Assembly (NCBI GenBank): GCA_016190895.1
Contig: JACPPR010000030.1
Location: forward strand, 241-64,240
Length of the DNA: 64,000 bases
Direction of reading: 5' to 3'
DNA from: Chloroflexota bacterium
GTDB taxonomy: Bacteria; Chloroflexota; Dehalococcoidia; Dehalococcoidales; UBA2162
The position numbers and the translations under genes are program-made. This document shows positions 44,872-52,563 of this stretch, in pieces (within the stretch, counting starts at the first letter, position 1; every line of letters begins with the position of its first letter). The notes below the pieces were generated by a model. The model saw only the letters and a program-made list of their open reading frames with translations. It searched no databases and was not told where the DNA came from.

Positions 44872-46104
44872 ATGCCCATTAATTCCGGTGATACTGCCTG
44901 GATATTGGTCTCGGCAGCCCTGGTTATGCTCATGACTCCAGGGCTGGCTCTTTTCTACGGGGGGATGGTGCGGCGGAAGAACGTGCTTTCGACTATGATG
45001 ATGAGCTTTGCCATGCTGGGTTTGGTCGGCCTTCTCTGGGTGCTTTATGGCTATAGCCTGAGCTTCGCTCCTGATATGAGTGGCATCATCGGCGGTTTTG
45101 ACTTTATGGGTTTGCGGAACGTTGGACAGGAACCGTCCTCGGTTTATGCCACCACTGTTCCTCACCTGGCCTTTATGATATATCAGGCGATGTTCGCTAT
45201 CATCACTGTCGCCCTCTTCACCGGAGCCGTTGTGGACAGGATAAAGTTCGGCGCTCTGCTGGCGTTCTCAGCCTTGTGGCTGACATTCATCTATACGCCA
45301 GTGGCGCACTGGGTGTGGGGTGGTGGCTGGCTGGCAAAGCTGGGCGTTCTGGACTTCGCCGGCGGCGTGGTAGTTCACATCAATGCCGGTATGTCGGCTT
45401 TGGCTCTGGCTTTGCTGCTGGGTCCCCGCAAGGGTTTTGTTGAAAAGGAACCGATGGAAGCGCACGATATTCCTATGGTGATGCTGGGGGCAGGGTTGCT
45501 CTGGTTCGGCTGGTTCGGCTTCAATGCCGGCAGCGCCTTCACTGCCGGCGGGCTGGCCTCCAGCGCCTTTGTGGCTACGAATACGGCCGGGGCCGCCGCT
45601 GCCTTTACCTGGATGCTGCTTAGCTGGATATACCGCAGACCGACGGCTCTTGGGACAGTCACCGGGGCTGTTATCGGGCTGGCTGCGGTCACTCCGGCCG
45701 CCGGTTTTATCTCGCCGATAATGGGAATACCCATCGGCATCGGGGCGGCGCTGGTTGGGTACTATGCTATGCTTTTCCGGTCGAAATCACGTGTCGATGA
45801 TTCCCTGGATGTTATGGCTGCTCACGGTATGGGTGGTATCTGGGGAGTGCTGGCGACAGGCATATTTGCCAGTGTGGCTGTCAATGCGGCGGGAGCCGAT
45901 GGGCTTATCTTCGGAAACGGAGCGCAGTTACTGAAGCAGATGGCTGGCGTTGTTGCCGTCGGCGGCTTTTCTTTTATCGGGACGCTGATTTTGGGCAAGC
46001 TCGTCGATGCTACTATCGGTCTTAGAGTTACCCGCACTGAAGAGAATTTGGGCCTTGATATATCTCAGCATGGTGAAAGAGCTTATGGAGGGTTGGGAAG
46101 ATGA
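44872..46104 (+). CDS. amt: Ammonium transporter (tandem paralogue of the previous gene)
   Basis: 410 aa; by eye roughly 85-90 percent identical to amt2. Confidence 0.94.
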   Translation: MPINSGDTAWILVSAALVMLMTPGLALFYGGMVRRKNVLSTMMMSFAMLGLVGLLWVLYGYSLSFAPDMSGIIGGFDFMGLRNVGQEPSSVYATTVPHLAFMIYQAMFAIITVALFTGAVVDRIKFGALLAFSALWLTFIYTPVAHWVWGGGWLAKLGVLDFAGGVVVHINAGMSALALALLLGPRKGFVEKEPMEAHDIPMVMLGAGLLWFGWFGFNAGSAFTAGGLASSAFVATNTAGAAAAFTWMLLSWIYRRPTALGTVTGAVIGLAAVTPAAGFISPIMGIPIGIGAALVGYYAMLFRSKSRVDDSLDVMAAHGMGGIWGVLATGIFASVAVNAAGADGLIFGNGAQLLKQMAGVVAVGGFSFIGTLILGKLVDATIGLRVTRTEENLGLDISQHGERAYGGLGR

Positions 46105-46478
46105 AAAAAATAGAAGCTATCATTCGGGAAGAAAGGTTGGAACCTGTCAAACAGGCTCTGGAGGCCGGGGGTTACTTCGCTATGACTGTCACCGAGGTGA
46201 GCGGGCGTGGCGAGCAAAGGGGGCTTACCCTACCCTGGCGAGTCGGAGAGTATCGGGTCGATTTACTGCCTAAACTCAAACTTGAGATTGTCGTTCAGGA
46301 TAAAGAGGTCGATACGATAGTCAAAGCGATTATTGACAATGCCCGGACTGGTGAGATTGGCGATGGTAAGATATTTATCATACCAGTAGAAAACGCAATC
46401 CGCGTCCGCACCAACGAGGATGGCGACAAAGCAATCAATAAAGTAACAAACAATAAGGAGGAAGCAAAGACAAAATGA
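46101..46478 (+). CDS. glnK: PII nitrogen regulatory protein (GlnK-type, amt-linked)
   Basis: TVTEVSGRGEQRG T-loop with conserved Tyr (VGEY) and GDGKIFI. ATGA overlaps on both sides. Confidence 0.92.
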   Translation: MKKIEAIIREERLEPVKQALEAGGYFAMTVTEVSGRGEQRGLTLPWRVGEYRVDLLPKLKLEIVVQDKEVDTIVKAIIDNARTGEIGDGKIFIIPVENAIRVRTNEDGDKAINKVTNNKEEAKTK

Positions 46479-47890
46479 ATTCAACGGAAGTCATAAAGTT
46501 TGCTAAAGAGAAGGGCTGTCAGTTTGTCGACCTCAAGTTCATCGACCTGCCCGGCACCTGGCAGCATTATACTCTGCCTATCAGCGAGCTAAATCAGGAC
46601 CTCTTCGAGGAGGGTAACGGTTTTGACGGTTCTTCGATAAGGGGCTTTCGGCATATCAACGAAAGCGATATGTTGCTGATTCCCGACCCGGCGACGGCTA
46701 TCTGCGACCCGGTACTGGAAGTGCCGACATTGAGCCTGATTTGCGACGTGCGTGACCCGCTCACGGGCAAGGACTACGAGCGTGACCCGCGTAATATCGC
46801 CAAGAAGGCTGAAGCTTATCTGAAGACGACGGGCATTGCCGAGGGTAGTTACTGGGGTCCCGAACTGGAATTTTTCATATTCAACAGCATACGTTTCGAG
46901 CAAAACAGCCATGTCGGCTTCTATGCCATCGATTCCCAGGAGGGCATCTGGAACTCAGGTAATGGCGAGCACAGTAATCTGGGCTACCGCCCCCGTCACA
47001 AGGAAGGCTACTTCCCGGTGCCGCCTACCGACCAGACACACGATATCCGTACTAAAATCGCCCTCAAAATGATGGAGGGTGGTTTGAAGATTGAAAAGCA
47101 TCATCATGAGGTTGCCACTGCCGGACAGGCTGAGTTCGGTATCCGCTTCGATACCCTGACCAGGCAGGCGGATAATGTTATGCTCTACAAGTACATTGCT
47201 AAGAACGTGGCTGTGCAGAATGGCTTTACGGTGACATTCATGCCCAAGCCGCTTTTCCAGGACAATGGTTCAGGAATGCACGTACATCAGAGTCTCTTCA
47301 AGGGCGACAAGAACGTTTTCTACGATGCGAAGGGCTATGCCCTGCTTTCCCAGACGGCTAAACATTATATAGGCGGGCTGCTGGCACATTCACCGGCTTT
47401 GCTGGCGCTCTGCGCTCCGACCACCAACTCTTACCGCCGGCTCGTCCCCGGTTACGAGGCTCCCATCAATCTGGTTTACTCGGCAAGTAACCGCAGCGCC
47501 AGCATTCGTATTCCTCAGTACTCGACCAGTCCGAAGACCAAGAGAATCGAGTACCGCTGCCCGGATTCGAGCAGCAATCCGTATCTGGCCTTCGCCGCCA
47601 TGCTGCTGGCTGGCCTGGATGGCATCAAGAATAAGATTGACCCCGGCGAGCCTATCGACAAGGATATTTATGAGCTTGCGCCGGAAGAAAAGGCCAATAT
47701 CAAGTCAACGCCCGGCTCACTGCTCGAGGTACTGGATGCCCTCCGCGAAGACCATGATTTCCTTCTGAAGGGTGATGTCTTTACCGAGGACCTCATCGAG
47801 ACCTGGATAAACTACAAGAGAAAGAATGAGTATGACCAGGTCGCCCTGCGACCCCATCCCTACGAGTTCCATCTGTACTACGATATTTAG
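46475..47890 (+). CDS. glnA: Glutamine synthetase type I (471 aa)
   Basis: FDGSSIRGF, GSGMHVHQSLF, NSYRRLVPGYEAP. Confidence 0.95.
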   Translation: MNSTEVIKFAKEKGCQFVDLKFIDLPGTWQHYTLPISELNQDLFEEGNGFDGSSIRGFRHINESDMLLIPDPATAICDPVLEVPTLSLICDVRDPLTGKDYERDPRNIAKKAEAYLKTTGIAEGSYWGPELEFFIFNSIRFEQNSHVGFYAIDSQEGIWNSGNGEHSNLGYRPRHKEGYFPVPPTDQTHDIRTKIALKMMEGGLKIEKHHHEVATAGQAEFGIRFDTLTRQADNVMLYKYIAKNVAVQNGFTVTFMPKPLFQDNGSGMHVHQSLFKGDKNVFYDAKGYALLSQTAKHYIGGLLAHSPALLALCAPTTNSYRRLVPGYEAPINLVYSASNRSASIRIPQYSTSPKTKRIEYRCPDSSSNPYLAFAAMLLAGLDGIKNKIDPGEPIDKDIYELAPEEKANIKSTPGSLLEVLDALREDHDFLLKGDVFTEDLIETWINYKRKNEYDQVALRPHPYEFHLYYDI

Positions 47891-47917
47891 ATACGTCGGT
47901 TGACCTGCGTGGTCTGT

Positions 47918-47958
47918 GTATGGGCGACCCGATTCTATCGGGTCGCCCATACGTTTTT
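47918..47958 (+). terminator. Intrinsic terminator after glnA
   Basis: GTATGGGCGACCCGA-ttcta-TCGGGTCGCCCATAC followed by GTTTTT. Confidence 0.75.
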
Positions 47959-48244
47959 CGGCGAGGTGCGGGAGTTAATGATGGTGGGCTTGAGCTGCAG
48001 CGAAGCCTACCCTACTCGGCTGTGTTGACAGCGTCATAGTCCTTGTATGGCTATAATAAAGCATAATCCAGATACTCGCAAGCGGTGCTCGGGTAACACC
48101 ATAGTTAAATTGTGGGCCAACAATCGGGCAGAACGTTGAACGAGTGATTCAATCAACAGCATTAGTCTCCAGCGTGGCCGTTGCCACGGTCGCTCACTGT
48201 TGACAATAAACTCAGTTCCATAATATCATTCTTCAGTAGCGAAG

Positions 48245-48364
48245 ATGACAAACACCGTACAGATCTTAATTGACTATGAGAGAATAGCGTATTCGCTAAA
48301 CAGCGCCGACCTCGTTGTCGTTGTTAGCTGGGGCTTGCGTGCCTCAAACTCAACGACAAGCTAA
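48245..48364 (+). CDS. Candidate Val-run leader peptide of valS
   Basis: Read manually. 39 codons, MTNTVQILIDYERIAYSLNSADLVVVVSWGLRASNSTTS, with GTT GTC GTT GTT at 48314-25. Weak SD. Confidence 0.4.
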   Translation: MTNTVQILIDYERIAYSLNSADLVVVVSWGLRASNSTTS

Positions 48365-48392
48365 ACAAAGACAGAGAGTAAGAGACACGAAG

Positions 48393-48430
48393 CCCGGGAG
48401 AAAGGAAAGACTCCCGGGTTTTTGTTTTTG
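48393..48430 (+). terminator. Strong intrinsic terminator abutting the valS SD
   Basis: CCCGGGAG-N10-CTCCCGGG followed by TTTTTGTTTTTG; ends 38 nt before valS GTG 48469. Confidence 0.8.
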
Positions 48431-48468
48431 CAGAGATGCAAATGAGGCGAGAAGAAGAGGAGGCCAAA

Positions 48469-50913
48469 GTGGGCAACCTATCGAAGCGATACATACCGAT
48501 TGAGAGCGAGCGCACGTGGCGGAAGAATTGGGAGGAAAAGCAGGTTTACCGATTCCAGTCGGCAAGTCGGAGCCCTGTCTATTCTATTGATACTCCTCCG
48601 CCGACTGTGTCAGGCGACCTGCACATGGGGCACTGCTATTCGTACTGCCAGGCCGATTTTTACGCTCGCTTCCATCGAATGAAAGGCTGCAACGTTTTCT
48701 ATCCGATGGGCTGGGATGATAACGGACTTCCGACCGAACGCTTGGTAGAAAAGCGGTTGGGAATCAGGCCGGAGAACGTCGGCCCTGAGGTATTCATCCT
48801 TGAAATCCTCAAAACCAGCCAGGAGCTTGAACACAAGTACAAGAATCTTTGGCAGCGGCTGGGCCTGAGCGTCGACTGGAACCATACGTACAGCACTATA
48901 AGCCCCGAATCGCGCAAAATAGCACAATACTCTTTCATCGACCTCTTCCGGAAAGGGCTAGTTTACCAGGCTTCCTCACCCACCATCTGGTGTCCGGTCT
49001 GCAGGACGGCTATCGCTCAGGCCGAGGTGTCGGACATGCAGCGTAGCTCGCAGTTTGTGACAGTTACTTTCAAACTGGACGATGGTCAACCATTACTTAT
49101 CGCCACCACTCGTCCGGAACTCTTGCCCGCCTGCGTGGCGATATTCGTGAATCCTTTAGACGAGCGCCATCGGCACCTGATAGGGCACAAAGCAATTACC
49201 CCAGTTTTTGGCAAGGAGGTGCCGATATTGGCTGACAAGAAGGCCGACCCCGAAAAAGGCACCGGTATTGTCATGTGCTGCACTTTCGGCGATGCCACCG
49301 ATGTCAAATGGCAACGCGAGCGCCATCTTCCGATAGTCGCCGCAATTGACACCGATGGCAGGCTTGGCAATCAGGCGGGTGCGCTCGTCGGACTAAACGT
49401 CAGTGAAGCACGTCAAGAGGTCATCAAGCTGCTTGCGGACAAAGGTCTCATTACGGACATCAGCCCAACCATTCAAACTGTGAGCGTACATGAAAGATGC
49501 GATACTCCTATCGAATACATTACCACCGAGCAATGGTTCGTAAGGGTATTGGACCAGAAGCAAAGACTCCTGGATGCCGGTAGAGCCATCAACTGGTATC
49601 CGAGCTACATGCTTGCCAGGTACGAGGATTGGGTACAGAATCTGGAGTGGGATTGGTGTATTTCCCGGCAGCGGTATCATGGCGTCCCATTCCCTCTCTG
49701 GTATTGTGCGAGTTGCGGGAGTGTAACACTAGCAGATTCTGGCGATCTTCCGGTCGACCCTCGCATCCAGCCGCCGCCCGCACCCTGCAAATGCGGTCGC
49801 CGGAAGTGGATTCCGGAGGAAAGCGTGATGGATACGTGGGCGACTTCGTCTCTCACTCCACAAATAGCAGGCCGATGGCTTGAACCGGACGGACTCTTCA
49901 ACCAGGTATTCCCGATGTCTCTACGTCCCCAGGCGCATGACATCATTCGGACTTGGACATTCTACACGATCGTCAAGTCGATTTATCATCTGGATACCGT
50001 GCCGTGGAAGGACGTCGCCGTCTCTGGGCACGGACTTTCTCCGGAAGGTAATAAGGTAAGTAAGTCCAAGGATAATAGCGTCGTGGATCCCTTAAGAGTG
50101 CTGGACAAGTACTCTGCCGACGCCGTACGGTATTGGGCGGCCAGCGCCAAACTGGGCGAGAACGCCCTCATCAGCGAAGAAAGGATTGCTGCCGGTCAGA
50201 AGCTGGTGAACAAGCTTTGGAGCGTTTCTGTATTCTCCTACCAGTTCCTGAACGGCTATCGGATTCCGGCGTCTTCGCCAGAGCTCGTGCCAACTGACAA
50301 GTGGGTGCTTTCCCAGCTTCAACGCCTCATCGTAGAGACAACGCAGTCTTTTGCCGACTATGACCACGCCGCAGCCAAAACCAAGGTGGAAGCGTTCTTC
50401 TGGGATATTCTCGCCGACAACTATTTGGAGATGGTCAAGGCCCGATTATACGATGAAGCACAGGGGCTATCCGGAAAACAATCGGCACAATATGCCCTCT
50501 ATAAGGTTTTGTCAGCCCTGAACAAGATGTTCGCGCCATTCCTTCCTTACATCACCGAGGAGATATTCCAATCCCTATTCACCGGTGCCGCCTCTCGTGC
50601 TTCGATTCATACGGAGGCGTGGCCAACCGAAAATAAGGAACTGATTGATGAATCCGCCGAACGTCTGGGTGAGGCTATGGTGGAAATTGCTGTCAACGTT
50701 CGGCGGTACAAATCTCAACAACACCTGGCAATGGGTGCCAGGCTAGACAGGGTCACCATATCCACGGAGGAAGCCGACCTGATAGAACAGCTGAAAAGCT
50801 GCCTCGCTGATATCAGAAGTGTTACCAGAGCAGAAACAGTCGAATTACGACTCGATACTGCGCGGTGCTCGGAAAGCCATGGTAAAGTCGACGTGGCTGT
50901 CGGCTTGCACTAA
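48469..50913 (+). CDS. valS: Valine--tRNA ligase (archaeal-like type, no C-terminal coiled coil)
   Basis: TPPPTVSGDLHMGHCYSY, GWDDNGLPTE, DWCISRQRY, KVSKSKDN. Start set at GTG 48469 after SD GAGGAGG; the track starts at ATG 48436. Confidence 0.88.
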   Translation: MGNLSKRYIPIESERTWRKNWEEKQVYRFQSASRSPVYSIDTPPPTVSGDLHMGHCYSYCQADFYARFHRMKGCNVFYPMGWDDNGLPTERLVEKRLGIRPENVGPEVFILEILKTSQELEHKYKNLWQRLGLSVDWNHTYSTISPESRKIAQYSFIDLFRKGLVYQASSPTIWCPVCRTAIAQAEVSDMQRSSQFVTVTFKLDDGQPLLIATTRPELLPACVAIFVNPLDERHRHLIGHKAITPVFGKEVPILADKKADPEKGTGIVMCCTFGDATDVKWQRERHLPIVAAIDTDGRLGNQAGALVGLNVSEARQEVIKLLADKGLITDISPTIQTVSVHERCDTPIEYITTEQWFVRVLDQKQRLLDAGRAINWYPSYMLARYEDWVQNLEWDWCISRQRYHGVPFPLWYCASCGSVTLADSGDLPVDPRIQPPPAPCKCGRRKWIPEESVMDTWATSSLTPQIAGRWLEPDGLFNQVFPMSLRPQAHDIIRTWTFYTIVKSIYHLDTVPWKDVAVSGHGLSPEGNKVSKSKDNSVVDPLRVLDKYSADAVRYWAASAKLGENALISEERIAAGQKLVNKLWSVSVFSYQFLNGYRIPASSPELVPTDKWVLSQLQRLIVETTQSFADYDHAAAKTKVEAFFWDILADNYLEMVKARLYDEAQGLSGKQSAQYALYKVLSALNKMFAPFLPYITEEIFQSLFTGAASRASIHTEAWPTENKELIDESAERLGEAMVEIAVNVRRYKSQQHLAMGARLDRVTISTEEADLIEQLKSCLADIRSVTRAETVELRLDTARCSESHGKVDVAVGLH

Positions 50914-50980
50914 GAGACTCGATGTCGGTAGGGGGGACAGCACAACCTTACTGCAAACATGTCTGCCGAGAGAACAGTAG

Positions 50981-51050
50981 GCTGACACTGGCTCTAACTT
51001 GTGGTATGATAACGTTGAATCATCCATGGGTTAGGAGGGCCAGTGTCAGC
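50981..51050 (+). promoter_or_regulatory. 12-bp perfect stem enclosing the SD and covering the start codon of glnA2
   Basis: GCTGACACTGGC (50981-92) is the exact reverse complement of GCCAGTGTCAGC (51039-50). GTG start at 51043; SD AGGAGG at 51033-38. Confidence 0.5.
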
Positions 51051-52386
51051 TAAAGATAGGGCTGAATCCTGCGGTTATGTCCTGAAAATGGCCAAGGAGC
51101 ATGATGTCAAGTTCATCAGGCTCTGGTTCACCGATATCCTTGGGGTCCTGAAAAGCTTTGCCATTACTGTAGAAGAGCTTGAAGAGGCTCTGGCCGAGGG
51201 GAAGGGGTTCGATGGCTCTTCTATCGAGGGCTTCGCCCGCATCGATGAAAGCGATATGGTGGCCCTGCCCGACCCGGATACCTTCCGTCTGATTCCCTGG
51301 CGGCCACGGGAACACCACGCCGTCGCCCGTATGTTCTGCGACGTCCTTAAACCGGGCGGGCAGATTTTCGAGGGCGACCCGAGATATGTCCTCAAGAGAA
51401 ATCTGAAACGGGCTGCCGAATTGGGCTATACCTACTACGTCGGCCCCGAGTTGGAGTTTTTCTATTTCAAGAGCGCCAATGCCACTGAGACTCTGGATGC
51501 CGGCGGCTATTTCGACCTGATGCCGTTGGATGTCGCCACCGACCTGAGGCGAGATACGGTTCTCACCCTCGAAGAGATGGGCATCGGCGTCGAGTATTCC
51601 CATCACGAAGTGGCGCCCAGCCAGCATGAAATAGATATGAGGTATACCGATGCCCTGACTATGGCTGATAATGTCATGACCTACCGCCTGGTCGTGAAGC
51701 AAATCGCTCTGCAGCACGGCGTCTACGCCACCTTTATGCCCAAGCCGGTTTTCGGTATCAATGGCAGCGGTATGCACGTTCACCAGTCTCTCTTTAAGGG
51801 TGGCAAGAATGCCTTCTTCGATAGGAAAGACAAATATTACCTGTCTAAATTAGCCAAGGGCTACATTGCTGGCTTGCTGAAACATGCCCCCGAAATCACC
51901 TCTGTTACCAGTCAGTGGGTCAATTCTTACAAGCGGCTGGTGCCTGGCTATGAGGCGCCGGTCTATCTCTCCTGGGCGCGGCGCAACCGTTCTGATTTGA
52001 TTCGAGTTCCCGAGTATAGGCCGGGCCGGGAAAACGCCACGCGCATCGAGTACCGCTCGCCGGACCCGGCTTGCAACCCCTACCTCACCTTCAGTGTTAT
52101 GCTGGCTGCCGGGCTGGATGGGATTGAAAAGGGATTGGAACCGCCTGAGCCGGTCGAAGAAAACGTCTACGAGATGTCCGAAGAGGAAAGAAAAGCGAGA
52201 GGAATAGTGACTTTACCCTCTAGCCTTGCTGAGGCTATCGAGCTGACCGAGAAAAGTGAGTTGGTGAGAAAAGCCCTCGGCGACCATGTTTTCAATGCTT
52301 TTATTGCCAATAAAAAGATAGAGTGGGATAACTACCGCACTCAGGTGACCGAATACGAAATTAAGAGGTACCTGCCTATATTGTAA
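51043..52386 (+). CDS. glnA: Glutamine synthetase type I (447 aa, alpha-like)
   Basis: FDGSSIEGF, GSGMHVHQSLF, NSYKRLVPGYEAP; GTG start. Confidence 0.93.
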   Translation: MSAKDRAESCGYVLKMAKEHDVKFIRLWFTDILGVLKSFAITVEELEEALAEGKGFDGSSIEGFARIDESDMVALPDPDTFRLIPWRPREHHAVARMFCDVLKPGGQIFEGDPRYVLKRNLKRAAELGYTYYVGPELEFFYFKSANATETLDAGGYFDLMPLDVATDLRRDTVLTLEEMGIGVEYSHHEVAPSQHEIDMRYTDALTMADNVMTYRLVVKQIALQHGVYATFMPKPVFGINGSGMHVHQSLFKGGKNAFFDRKDKYYLSKLAKGYIAGLLKHAPEITSVTSQWVNSYKRLVPGYEAPVYLSWARRNRSDLIRVPEYRPGRENATRIEYRSPDPACNPYLTFSVMLAAGLDGIEKGLEPPEPVEENVYEMSEEERKARGIVTLPSSLAEAIELTEKSELVRKALGDHVFNAFIANKKIEWDNYRTQVTEYEIKRYLPIL

Positions 52387-52560
52387 ATCCGAAATTCTAG
52401 TATCGAAATCCGAAACAAATCCAAATTACAAAATCCAAATGCCAAATAAAGCCTAAATGCTTGAATGCCAAGTTCACAAAGGGCGTGGTCATTTTAGCTT
52501 TGATATTTGGCATTTATTTGAACTTTGAGCTTTGGATTTTGAGTTTCGCCGGAGGTCATT
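52387..52560. repeat. AT-rich word repeat, long imperfect palindrome
   Basis: CAAAATCCAAATGCCAAATA ... TATTTGGCATTT ... TTTGGATTTTG. Confidence 0.7.
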
Positions 52561-52563
52561 AAT

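Noticed and set aside
47959-48430. tmRNA, RNase P RNA or T-box in the long glnA-valS spacer
   Set aside because: There is no GGTTCGA-type T-arm/ACCA end, no GGAAAGTCC-type P4 motif, and no GGGTGG T-box core adjacent to the terminator. A leader-peptide-type attenuator fits better (see findings).
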